Positions 20,406 through 29,200 of a DNA stretch of 64,000 nucleotides are shown in pieces. The position numbers were made by a program, and so were the translations under genes. Every line of letters starts with the position of its first letter. Within the stretch, counting starts at the first letter, position 1. The notes beneath the pieces were generated by a model. The model saw only the letters and a program-made list of their open reading frames with translations. It was not told the origin of the DNA and did no database searches. The DNA is from Candidatus Hadarchaeales archaeon (lineage in GTDB: Archaea > Hadarchaeota > Hadarchaeia > Hadarchaeales > WYZ-LMO6), in the NCBI GenBank assembly GCA_038736355.1, contig JAVYML010000001.1:180908-244907 (forward strand). The letters run 5' to 3'.

Positions 20406-21394
20406 TTCTTCTTCACCCTCCTTCCCAGCACGGAAGCCGGTAGGGTATACATGTAGAAGGTTCCCACGGGATCCACTATCTGATCCACCAACTTCTGGGG
20501 ATCATACCCTGCCTCTCTTTCCCCCTCCACCCCGAGAATGGAGGAAAGGGCGCTGATCATGGCCGCCCCCTGGTCAACCTCATTGGGGCAGGGACCATGG
20601 CATCCGGTGCACGGCATGTTGCCGTTTAAGCACCTGGCCTCGCACCCACCCCTAGTAGCCGGACCCATGCAGATGATACCCTGGGCGAGGAAACACTTCT
20701 CCGGATCCAGCTCTACCTCGTAAGGTCTTTTCACCTGAGAAATCGAGAGTTTCTCGGGCTTCGTCTTGTTCCTAGGACACTCATCACATACAGACTTCAG
20801 GGGAGCCAGTACCGACCCCCTCGGTGGGAGTTCACCCTTGGCTATGGCCTCCACCGCCTTCAGGATGAGGTTGGGAGGAGGCGGGCAACCGGGGAGGTAG
20901 TAATCTACCTCCACCGTTTGATCCAGGGTTTTGACCGTGTCGTAAAACTCCGGAAGCTTCAGCTCACCCTCCTTTACCCTGGTGGAAGTCTTGGGGACTA
21001 TTCGCTGGGGATTCTCGGTGGAGGGGGATTCCAGATAGGCCCTCGCAAAGATCTCCTCCCTGTCCGCCAAGTTGGCGAGACCAGGGACTCCTCCGGTGTA
21101 GGAACAGGCCCCAAAGGCCACCAACACCTTTGACTTTTTCCTGAGGAGCTTCGCCAGGTGCTCCTGCTCTTCCGTCCTCACAGCTCCGTTGAAGAAGCAA
21201 ACGTCTATGAAGCCATCGGGCATGGCTTCTACATCCTTGTACTTCACATCGAGGGCCACAGGCCAAAAGACGATGTCGGCCAACTCCACCACATCAAGAA
21301 TTTTTTCATCGATATCCAGAACCCCTATCTCACAACCCCCACAACTGGCCGCCCAGTAGAAGGCAAACTTCAATTTCTGCTTCGGCTTGGCCAT
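20402..21394 (-). CDS. [NiFe]-hydrogenase small subunit with extra C-terminal [4Fe-4S] region, no Tat signal (MvhG-like)
   Basis: 330 aa; FYWAASCGGCEI proximal cluster motif; C-terminal Cys-rich CDECP.../CMGPATRGGCEARCLNGNMPCTGCHGPCP. Confidence 0.85.
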   Translation of the reverse strand: MAKPKQKLKFAFYWAASCGGCEIGVLDIDEKILDVVELADIVFWPVALDVKYKDVEAMPDGFIDVCFFNGAVRTEEQEHLAKLLRKKSKVLVAFGACSYTGGVPGLANLADREEIFARAYLESPSTENPQRIVPKTSTRVKEGELKLPEFYDTVKTLDQTVEVDYYLPGCPPPPNLILKAVEAIAKGELPPRGSVLAPLKSVCDECPRNKTKPEKLSISQVKRPYEVELDPEKCFLAQGIICMGPATRGGCEARCLNGNMPCTGCHGPCPNEVDQGAAMISALSSILGVEGEREAGYDPQKLVDQIVDPVGTFYMYTLPASVLGRRVKKK

Positions 21395-21457
21395 CCCTAT
21401 CCCCGTCCAATTTTAACGCAAATTTTTGCTAATCCTTCTTTTAAACTTTATGGTAGG

Positions 21458-22453
21458 TCAGGAGATGTCGTTCATGTAAAGCAGCTTGTTCTGGGGGAGG
21501 TAGGTAATGGTCATGGCATCCCCTATCACCAAGGGATCTTTCATCTCGAACTCCAGCACATCCCCAGGGGAGAAGTCGATCCACGTCTCTCCCCGTACCC
21601 ACATCCTGAGATTTCTGATCCTGTGCTCGGTGTTATCCCCACCCGCCCTAGCCCCCCAGCCGAAGAGACTCTTTCCCTTCCTGTTGGCCGCCTTGTAATC
21701 AATGTACCTAATCCTGTTATCCAAGCGGTTGTCCAGGTACATCTCTATGACCATTCCATCGAAAACGATCCTGGCTTCGTGCCACCGGTTATCATTGATG
21801 GAGTGCATGTTGTCCGCCGCCAGTCTTTCCCCTCCATACCAAACCTCCAGCTTATCGCTGTTTTCGTTGTAAGCGAACACGTACCCCCCGGCTGGGGGCC
21901 AATTCTCGTTCTCGGGAGTAACACCACAATAGGCGTAAAACCATGTCGAACCCTCTCCCCGACCTCCCCCTGCCCAGAATTGAAATTCCACCACGAAACT
22001 GGAGGGGGGTGGGGACAAAGTGTACTCCAGTTGTCCGTTCTCTCTGGCGGAAAGGGTGAGCCTAACCCATCGGTTCTCCGGAAGATAGAGGGCACTGCGC
22101 TTGAGGACCCCCAAAGGTGGGGAGTCCATGTCCTCGTAAATGAGATACTCAGCCCTTTTGCCATTGAGGCGTGGATAAAGGGCTTCCACTTCCCTTCCGC
22201 TCTTCTTCACCACCAAATCCCCCCAGTAGAAGGCCCCGTCCCTTATGAGGAAGGCGTTCCTTATGATGTCTCCCCCTAAGTGGTGGATGACCAGTCTTTG
22301 GCTTCTCCATTCAAATCCATCCACACCCAGCTTGGCATCTAGAGTCCTCACTGAAAAGCTCACCCCACCCAGAACCACGATGACCGCCGTTGCGATGGAA
22401 AAGACTATGGCGATGAGGATGATCTCCGCGATGAGGGGGGAGACTCCCTTCAC
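21458..22453 (-). CDS. type IV pilin-like (class III signal peptide) protein with ConA/LamG-like beta-sandwich domain
   Basis: 331 aa; N-terminus MKGVSPLIAEIILIAIVFSIATAVIVV is an archaeal prepilin-type signal; C-terminal WHEARIVFDGMVIEMYLDNRL-type lectin/LamG pattern. Confidence 0.55.
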   Translation of the reverse strand: MKGVSPLIAEIILIAIVFSIATAVIVVLGGVSFSVRTLDAKLGVDGFEWRSQRLVIHHLGGDIIRNAFLIRDGAFYWGDLVVKKSGREVEALYPRLNGKRAEYLIYEDMDSPPLGVLKRSALYLPENRWVRLTLSARENGQLEYTLSPPPSSFVVEFQFWAGGGRGEGSTWFYAYCGVTPENENWPPAGGYVFAYNENSDKLEVWYGGERLAADNMHSINDNRWHEARIVFDGMVIEMYLDNRLDNRIRYIDYKAANRKGKSLFGWGARAGGDNTEHRIRNLRMWVRGETWIDFSPGDVLEFEMKDPLVIGDAMTITYLPQNKLLYMNDIS

Positions 22454-22512
22454 ATTTATCCTTTCTCTCGCCCGATTAGAAGTTTTTTATAGGGGAAGTC
22501 TATATACAAACG

Positions 22513-24228
22513 ATGGTTACCTACAGTGACCGTCCATGGATTAAAATTTATGAGCAAATAGGTCTTCCCTATAAATTCGACTATCCCAAGATACCACTTT
22601 TCGAACTCATCGATCGGGCGGCTGCGGAGTATCCCGAAAGCAAAGCCATGGTGTACTTCGATAGGGAGTATACCTATGCCCAGTTGAAGTCCTACACGGA
22701 TCGGCTGGCCACGGCCCTTAGCAAGAAGATGGGGATAAAGAAGGGGGATGTGGTGGGAGTACAGCTCTTCAACTCTCCCCAGTTCATCATAGGAGTCTAC
22801 GGTTCCTTAAAGGCCGGGGCCATTGTAGCCCTCATGAGCCCCCTCCTCCCCACCCCGGAGTTGGAGTACGAGATCAGCACTTCTGGCGCTAGGGTGGTCA
22901 TTACCGACGAGTCCAGAGTGGAGGAAATAAAGGCCATGAAACACCGCACCAAGCTGGAACAAATCATTGTTACCTCCGTGAAGGATTTCTCTCCCTCGGA
23001 AGATCCCGTGCCTCCGAAGGTGGAAGGAGCCATCCAACTGCGCCAACTCCTCTCGGAAACGGAAGCGGACCCGCCCAAGCTGGAAATAGATCCGGTAGAA
23101 GATGTTGCCCTCCTCTTCTTCACCGGGGGTTCCACCGGCATTCCCAAGGGGGTGATGCTCACCCACTACAACCTCACCACCAACATCGTCCAAACCTTCG
23201 GTCCTACGGCGGCAGGTATGCTGGAACCGAACAAAGGAAACTTTTCGGTGATGGGATGTCTGCCCTTCTTCCACATTTATGGTTTCACTTGCGCCATGAA
23301 CGTGGCCCTTTATTGGGCGGGATGCCTCCTGCTCGTTCCCGATGCCAGAGATACGAAGATGATTTACGAGCTACTGGTAAAATACCGTCCCCTTTTGATG
23401 CCCGGGGTTCCTACCCAATTCATGAGGTTGCTCCAAGAAAAGAATGTGGACCTTTCCGAACTGAAGGGATGTGTACCCTATAGCGGTGCTGCTGCCCTTC
23501 CCCCAGAGGTTTCCAAACAATTTGAGGAGAAAGCGGGTGTATTGGTCAGCGAGGGTTATGGGCTTTCGGAAGCCAGTCCCGTCACCCATTCCAACTTCGT
23601 GGCCATCCTCAAGGGTGCGGGGATCGATCTTGGGTTACCGGTAAAGCTGGGATCCATAGGCATACCCGTGCCCGATACGGATGTTAAAATAGTGGACATA
23701 GAAACGGGGACGAAGGAAATGCCCGTGGGGGAGCCAGGGGAAATGATCATCAAAGGACCACAGATAATGAAGGGTTACTGGCCCACCCCGGGCAGTGGTT
23801 TAAGGGATGGATGGCTGTATACGGGGGATGTGGCGAAGATGGACGAAGATGGCTACTTCTACATCGTCGACCGCACGAAAGACATGATCAACGTCTCGGG
23901 TTTGAAGGTCTATGGAAGGGTGGTGGACGATGTTCTCTACGAACATCCGGCTGTGGCCAAGGCAGCTGCTGTGGGCATACCCGATCCCGAGCGCCCCGGA
24001 AGCGAAAGGGTGAAGGCCTTCATCGAACTAAAGGAAGGATACGAACCCAGCGAGGAGCTGAAGGAGGATATTCTCAGACATTGTAGGGAGAGGCTTCCGC
24101 CCTACGCCGTCCCCAAATTCATAGAATTCAGGAAGGAACTTCCCCTTACCGTTACAGAGAAGGTTTTCAAACGGAAGCTCAGGGAAGAAGAAATAGAGAA
24201 GATGAAGAAGGCTGGGCTCCTTAAGTAA
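22513..24228 (+). CDS. AMP-dependent acyl-CoA synthetase/ligase
   Basis: 571 aa; AMP-binding motif FFTGGSTGIPKGVMLTHYN, YGLSE, GWLYTGDV. TATA-like TTTTTTATAGGGG sits about 40 nt upstream. Confidence 0.9.
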   Translation: MVTYSDRPWIKIYEQIGLPYKFDYPKIPLFELIDRAAAEYPESKAMVYFDREYTYAQLKSYTDRLATALSKKMGIKKGDVVGVQLFNSPQFIIGVYGSLKAGAIVALMSPLLPTPELEYEISTSGARVVITDESRVEEIKAMKHRTKLEQIIVTSVKDFSPSEDPVPPKVEGAIQLRQLLSETEADPPKLEIDPVEDVALLFFTGGSTGIPKGVMLTHYNLTTNIVQTFGPTAAGMLEPNKGNFSVMGCLPFFHIYGFTCAMNVALYWAGCLLLVPDARDTKMIYELLVKYRPLLMPGVPTQFMRLLQEKNVDLSELKGCVPYSGAAALPPEVSKQFEEKAGVLVSEGYGLSEASPVTHSNFVAILKGAGIDLGLPVKLGSIGIPVPDTDVKIVDIETGTKEMPVGEPGEMIIKGPQIMKGYWPTPGSGLRDGWLYTGDVAKMDEDGYFYIVDRTKDMINVSGLKVYGRVVDDVLYEHPAVAKAAAVGIPDPERPGSERVKAFIELKEGYEPSEELKEDILRHCRERLPPYAVPKFIEFRKELPLTVTEKVFKRKLREEEIEKMKKAGLLK

Positions 24229-24246
24229 AAAAAGAAAGAAAAAAGT

Positions 24247-24818
24247 TCAAACGTATTCGTCCACGAAGATCGTTGGCACTTGTGAAGCGATCTTTCCCAT
24301 CTGTTGCGTCGCCTTGATGTACCTCATCACCTTGCTCATGTCTCCCTGGAGTTTCATCTTGCCAGTGAGCACCAGCTTGGTGGCATCGCTCTCGGCCTTC
24401 GCCAGCTTCTTCCAAGAATCGTAAGAACCTATCAGTTTGAAGCCCACCTGCACCTCGTTGGGATCCTTCAGCAGGCGCATACCCGTGCACTTCCCATCCT
24501 TGAGCCCGACGTACACATAGATGGTCTTCCCTTTCAGGTATTCCTTCATGACGGCCTTGAATTCCTCCTGGATTTTCTTGGCCTCCTCAAAGGTAATTCC
24601 TGCCTTTTCCGCGAGCTGCTTGATTTCCGCATCAGACATCGTTTCCGCCTTCTGCAACTTTTCCACGGGGACCTCGTCTATCTGGAAGATGAAATCTCCG
24701 TTCCATCCCACGCCCCATCCCTTGCCAGCCTCGGCCATTACCGGATCGCTGTTAAGTCTTTTGACATATTCCTCGTTCCAAGCTTGGGTTCCAAAAGCCA
24801 ACTTTGTCATTCTCATCC
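24247..24818 (-). CDS. SCP2 sterol-carrier-like domain protein (paralog A)
   Basis: Start taken at MRMTKLAFGTQAW (ATG 24818); the track ORF extends to 25077 through an unlikely His/Gly-rich extension. Shares GKGWGVGWNGDFIFQID...LTGKMKLQGDMSKVMRYIKATQ with paralog B. Confidence 0.6.
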
Positions 24819-24908
24819 CCCTTTTAGGCTTCCTACACCTCCATAAATACCCTTCGGGACTCCCCTCTGGAACTTCAAGGGAAAAAAGAAAAAAGGGAAA
24901 AACTATGT

Positions 24909-25406
24909 TTAGACCATCTCGTCCAAGAATTCCGTCGGAATCTGTGAAGCGATCTTTCCCATGAGCTGCGTCGCCTTGATGTACCTCATCACCTTGCTCA
25001 TGTCTCCCTGGAGTTTCATCTTGCCAGTGAGCACCAGCTTGGTGGCGTCTGCTTCTCCCTTCGCCAGCTTCTTCCAAGATTCATAGTCTCCTATTAGCTT
25101 GAAACCGGCTTGCACTTCGTTGGGATTCTTAATGACCTTCGCACCCGTACACTTCCCATCCTTCAGACCTATCCAAGTATATACCGTGGTACCAGAGACA
25201 TACTTCTCCATCATTTCCTTCATGTACTTCTTCAGATCCCCTTCGGGCAGTTGCTCTATTTTCTCCACTGGCACCTTGTCTATCTGGAAGATGAAATCTC
25301 CGTTCCATCCCACGCCCCATCCCTTGCCTGCTTCTTCCAGTTCTTTGCTCTCATTCAGTTTCTTGACATATTCCTCGAGCCATTCAGGTGTCGGAAAAGG
25401 TACCAT
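24909..25406 (-). CDS. SCP2 sterol-carrier-like domain protein (paralog B)
   Basis: 165 aa; two exactly identical DNA tracts of about 80 nt and 52 nt shared with paralog A (24305-24384 vs 24967-25046; 24676-24727 vs 25278-25328). Confidence 0.6.
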   Translation of the reverse strand: MVPFPTPEWLEEYVKKLNESKELEEAGKGWGVGWNGDFIFQIDKVPVEKIEQLPEGDLKKYMKEMMEKYVSGTTVYTWIGLKDGKCTGAKVIKNPNEVQAGFKLIGDYESWKKLAKGEADATKLVLTGKMKLQGDMSKVMRYIKATQLMGKIASQIPTEFLDEMV

Positions 25407-25469
25407 TCGTCCACCTCTTTTTTTGGTTTACACTTTTCTTTCAGTCCATCCTCTATAAAACCTTTCCCT

Positions 25470-26078
25470 TCAAACTTTCTCTTTAACCAAAAGTTTGGGA
25501 AGGAGTTTCATGAGGGGCGCAAGCCTCATCGCGTCTGCTACCTTACCTTCCACCTTGTATCTACCCATTAAAGCACCCCAGATGGGATCCACCTTTCCCG
25601 TCAGGAGCCCCATCAAATCCGCGGTAGAGGCAAAGACGGTGAGATCTGCCATCATCGCTCCCCTTCCACCCCCAGACAGTTTTCCCTCACTCACCTTGAA
25701 GTGACCAACCATGGGAGAATCCGTTGCTTTGAAGTTCACAATGAGAGTTTTCATTTCCTCTAGCTTTTTCCTGATCTCGGGATCCTCCTCAGCCAAAACC
25801 CCCAATCCTTCCCAAAGCACATCCAGAAATCTGGAGGAGGCTTGAGGTACTTCCCTCACAAAGCTCGCCAAATCCAGCGTTTCCATCTTCTCCACCATCT
25901 TGGAGAGGAGATCGGGAACGGCCCTCAGGAATTCCCTCACCCCTACGCTCTGAATGGTATCCATCAAAAAGGAAAGACTAGACTTCAGTTCTTCCTCTGA
26001 TAGAGTTAGGGCCCCTTCCACCACCGATCTGAGGTCCTCCCCCACTCTCTCCGATAGGATTAATTGGCGCCTCCTCAT
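25470..26078 (-). CDS. helical N-domain + C-terminal SCP2-like domain protein
   Basis: 202 aa; C-terminus GKLSGGGRGAMMADLTVFASTADLMGLLTGKVDPIWGALMGRYKVEGK is SCP2-like. Confidence 0.5.
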   Translation of the reverse strand: MRRRQLILSERVGEDLRSVVEGALTLSEEELKSSLSFLMDTIQSVGVREFLRAVPDLLSKMVEKMETLDLASFVREVPQASSRFLDVLWEGLGVLAEEDPEIRKKLEEMKTLIVNFKATDSPMVGHFKVSEGKLSGGGRGAMMADLTVFASTADLMGLLTGKVDPIWGALMGRYKVEGKVADAMRLAPLMKLLPKLLVKEKV

Positions 26079-27302
26079 TTTATCGTTGTGGAAAAAGGTA
26101 GATTGGGAGCCTCGCTGATGTATGCTGCCATCTTTGCCGGAGGGGGAATCATAGGTTCGCTTGCCTCCTCCTTTTTCCTCATGATGGAAGACCTAGGAAC
26201 CAATCCACTGGGAATGGGCTTTCTAGCCATCGCCCCCCTTTTGGGTCTTTCCCTGCTCGGTCTCTCCCTGATGCTCTGGTGGAAAAGACTCGTCACGAAA
26301 GAAGGTTTTGGAAGGATGGTGGCCTTGCTCATGGCTGGCACCGCCCTAGCTGGTCTCTCCTGCCCTCTAAAGAATTTCTGGCTCCTAGGAGCCTCCAGAA
26401 TCCTTCTCGGAACCTGCTCTATGGGACTCGTCCTCCTCCTCCTGGTGCTGAGCCTAGAGTGGTTCATGGAAAGACTCAACCTCATGGTACTCATGGGCAT
26501 CCTCTCCCTGCTCCTCGGCACACTCTTCTCATCCTTCTTTGGTTCCCTTATCACCCATCTGCTTGGAGGCTGGGAGAAACTCCCCCTCTTTTTGGGATTG
26601 CTCGCAGGGGGATGTTTTCTCCTCTGGCTCCTCCTCGGACCCTTCCTCCCTCCCCTCCCAGATGGGGGCCATACAACAACCGAAACCTTTCAAACCCTCA
26701 AGAATCCTTCCCTTTTCTATTCTTCCCTTATGCTCTACACCCTTCTGGCCTACCTGGGAGTCTTCTCCTTCATCTTCGTGAAACTTCCAGGGAGCTGGGA
26801 ACTGGCCCTTTTGAGTAAGGAGATGATCTTTTCCCTTCCCTTCTATTTGGCAGCGGCAGCCCACTCCCTTCTGGTGGTCCTCGCCTCTCCCCTCTTCCTC
26901 TCCCTCGCCTCCGAAAAGAAGAGGAGAAGATCCATGTGTCTGATCTCGGGCTTACTCTCACCCCTTTTCGGTCTCCTAACCTTCAACCTACCCTTTTCAG
27001 ATGGCTGGATGATCCTCATCCTAGAAAGCATAACGCTGGCCCTCCTCCAACTCTCCATCCTTCTCCCCCTCTGGATTCTCCTGTTGCAGGAACTGCCCGG
27101 CGTGAGTCTAGAAAACTTCATCCCCTCCATGGGCGGCATCCTTTTCCTTTCTGGAGCCATGGGGGGCTCAGCCACCCTAATCCTGGGATGGGCTCTTTTC
27201 CAAAGCTGGTCAACCTTTCGGATGGTGATCAACCTACTCGTCCTGAGCTGGGGGGCCAGCGCCCTAGGCGGATATTTCCTCACTAGGGAAGGAATAGAGT
27301 AA
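26064..27302 (+). CDS. polytopic membrane transporter (MFS-like)
   Basis: 412 aa, about 12 hydrophobic helices; the true start may be the internal MYAAIFAGGG. Confidence 0.5.
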   Translation: MAPPHFIVVEKGRLGASLMYAAIFAGGGIIGSLASSFFLMMEDLGTNPLGMGFLAIAPLLGLSLLGLSLMLWWKRLVTKEGFGRMVALLMAGTALAGLSCPLKNFWLLGASRILLGTCSMGLVLLLLVLSLEWFMERLNLMVLMGILSLLLGTLFSSFFGSLITHLLGGWEKLPLFLGLLAGGCFLLWLLLGPFLPPLPDGGHTTTETFQTLKNPSLFYSSLMLYTLLAYLGVFSFIFVKLPGSWELALLSKEMIFSLPFYLAAAAHSLLVVLASPLFLSLASEKKRRRSMCLISGLLSPLFGLLTFNLPFSDGWMILILESITLALLQLSILLPLWILLLQELPGVSLENFIPSMGGILFLSGAMGGSATLILGWALFQSWSTFRMVINLLVLSWGASALGGYFLTREGIE

Positions 27303-27334
27303 ACTTTTTTTTATCCCACCGCAAAGAAACTACG
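27303..27334 (+). promoter_or_regulatory. TATA-like box (TTTTTTTTTATCCC) immediately upstream of aor; the transcript is probably leaderless
   Basis: AT-rich hexamer run 20-30 nt before the ATG at 27335 in an otherwise GC-rich context. Confidence 0.4.
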
Positions 27335-29191
27335 TTGCCCGGATATATGGGGAAGCTCCTGAGGGTGGATCTCTCCCACGGAAAGATAGTGGAAGAAGAG
27401 GTCAAAGAAACTGAAGTGAGAAAGTTTTTGGGTTGCAGGGGTCTGGGGGCCCGCTATCTCTTCGAAGTCAGAAAGGGAGCAGATCCCCTGGGACCCGAGA
27501 ACAAACTCATTTTCATGACAGGTCTTCTCACGGGAACAGGCTTTCCTACCGCTGGAAGATACGATGTGGTTTCCAAATCTCCTCAGACGGGTTTTTACGG
27601 TCATGCCAACTCCGCCGGTTTTTGGGGAGTGGACTTCAAGCGCACGGGTTTCGATGGCATCATCTTTGAGGGGATTTCTCCTAACCCCGTCTACCTGTTC
27701 GTGGAGGACGGGAGGGCTGAACTGAGGGATGCCAAGCATCTTTGGGGCAAGGGTGTGCATGAAACCACCAGAATGTTGAAGGAGGAGCTGGGTGAGAGGG
27801 TCAACGTGGCAGCCATAGGGCCTGCGGGGGAGAACTTGGTCAGGTATGCTTCCATCCTCAACGATTACAACAGGGCCGCGGGGAGATGCGGCATGGGGAC
27901 AGTGATGGGCTCCAAAAAGCTCAAGGCCGTTGCCGTGAGGGGAACGAAAAAAGTGGAAGTGGCAGACCCAGACAGGTTGAAGGAGCTGACCAAGGAAGTC
28001 ATAGAGTTGGCCGGTCAAAACATGTTGAAGACCAGTCTGGAAACCTTTGGAACCAACTCGGGCTTCGATTTGGTAAACGCCATGGGTGGAATGCCCACGA
28101 GGAACTGGCAGGAAGGAGTCTTCCCCGCTGGGGAAAAGATCAACGGACCTGCCCTTTCCGACAAGGTCTTGGTGGGAACCAAAGGATGTTATGTCTGCCC
28201 CATCCATTGCGCCAGACTCTCGGAGGTGAAAAGTGGACCCTACGCCTGCAAGACGGAGGGACCGGAGTACGAATCGGTTGGGGCCTTGGGATCCATGTGC
28301 GGGGTGGATAGCATGGAAGCCATCACCTATGCCCACCACCTGTGCAACGATTATGGGATGGACACGATAAGCACGGGAAGCACGATCGCCTTCGCCATGG
28401 AATGTTTTGAGAAGGGCATCCTGACGAAGGAGGATACTGGCGGTTTGGAGCTGAGGTTCGGTGATGCCGATACCATGGTAAAACTGGTACACCTGATAGC
28501 CCGCAGGGAAGGAATAGGGAACCTTCTAGCCGAAGGAACGAAGAGGATGTCGGAGAAACTGGGGAAGGGATCGGAGAGGTTCGCCATGCACTCGAAGGGA
28601 CTGGAGTTCGCGGCCTATGATCCAAGGGCGGCCAAAATCGTGGGGCTCGCCTATGCCACCTCCAACAGGGGAGGATGCCACATCAATGCCTACGTCCAGC
28701 TTCAAGCCTTCATAGGAGCCCCACAGCCCCTGCTTCCCGAAGACATAAGAGAACCCTTCTTCGATCCCCTCTCGGAAGACCCCATTTTGGGAAGGGTGGT
28801 GAAGGAAACTGAGGATGCCTATGCCTTCGTGGAGGCACTTGGGATGTGCAAGTTTCTGGGCTGGATGATAACCGCCGACAAGGTGGTGGAAGCCGTGGTG
28901 GCTGCTACGGGATGGAAGGATTTCGATGAAAGGGAACTGAGGAGATGTGGGGAAAGGATCTACAACTTGGAGAGGATGTTCAACGTGAGGGAAGGTTTGA
29001 ACCGTTCCCACGATTCCCTACCCAAGCGGCTACTGGAAGAACCCCACCCCTCCGGACCGGCCGCTGGACAGGTGGTACATCTGGAGCCCATGCTCGATGC
29101 CTATTATCAATACCGTGGATGGGACAGGAACGGCATACCCACCAAGGAAAAGCTGGCGGAGCTCGACCTCCTAGACCTTCCGATGGCCTGA
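27335..29191 (+). CDS. aor: tungsten-containing aldehyde:ferredoxin oxidoreductase
   Basis: 618 aa; N-terminal MGKLLRVDLSHGKIVEEEV...FLGCRGLGARYLF, AOR_N plus catalytic domains with the pterin-binding motif region. Confidence 0.9.
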   Translation: MPGYMGKLLRVDLSHGKIVEEEVKETEVRKFLGCRGLGARYLFEVRKGADPLGPENKLIFMTGLLTGTGFPTAGRYDVVSKSPQTGFYGHANSAGFWGVDFKRTGFDGIIFEGISPNPVYLFVEDGRAELRDAKHLWGKGVHETTRMLKEELGERVNVAAIGPAGENLVRYASILNDYNRAAGRCGMGTVMGSKKLKAVAVRGTKKVEVADPDRLKELTKEVIELAGQNMLKTSLETFGTNSGFDLVNAMGGMPTRNWQEGVFPAGEKINGPALSDKVLVGTKGCYVCPIHCARLSEVKSGPYACKTEGPEYESVGALGSMCGVDSMEAITYAHHLCNDYGMDTISTGSTIAFAMECFEKGILTKEDTGGLELRFGDADTMVKLVHLIARREGIGNLLAEGTKRMSEKLGKGSERFAMHSKGLEFAAYDPRAAKIVGLAYATSNRGGCHINAYVQLQAFIGAPQPLLPEDIREPFFDPLSEDPILGRVVKETEDAYAFVEALGMCKFLGWMITADKVVEAVVAATGWKDFDERELRRCGERIYNLERMFNVREGLNRSHDSLPKRLLEEPHPSGPAAGQVVHLEPMLDAYYQYRGWDRNGIPTKEKLAELDLLDLPMA

Positions 29192-29200
29192 GGGAAGAGG

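Noticed and set aside
21158-22279. 373-aa plus-strand ORF
   Set aside because: Antisense to the pilin-like gene and the hydrogenase small subunit start; no domain-like pattern.
24819-25077. N-terminal 87-aa extension of SCP2 paralog A ORF
   Set aside because: His/Gly/Arg-rich, overlaps paralog B's 3' end; homology to paralog B starts at MRMTKLAFG.
27311-28492. 393-aa minus-strand ORF
   Set aside because: Antisense to aor, whose translation has unmistakable AOR motifs.
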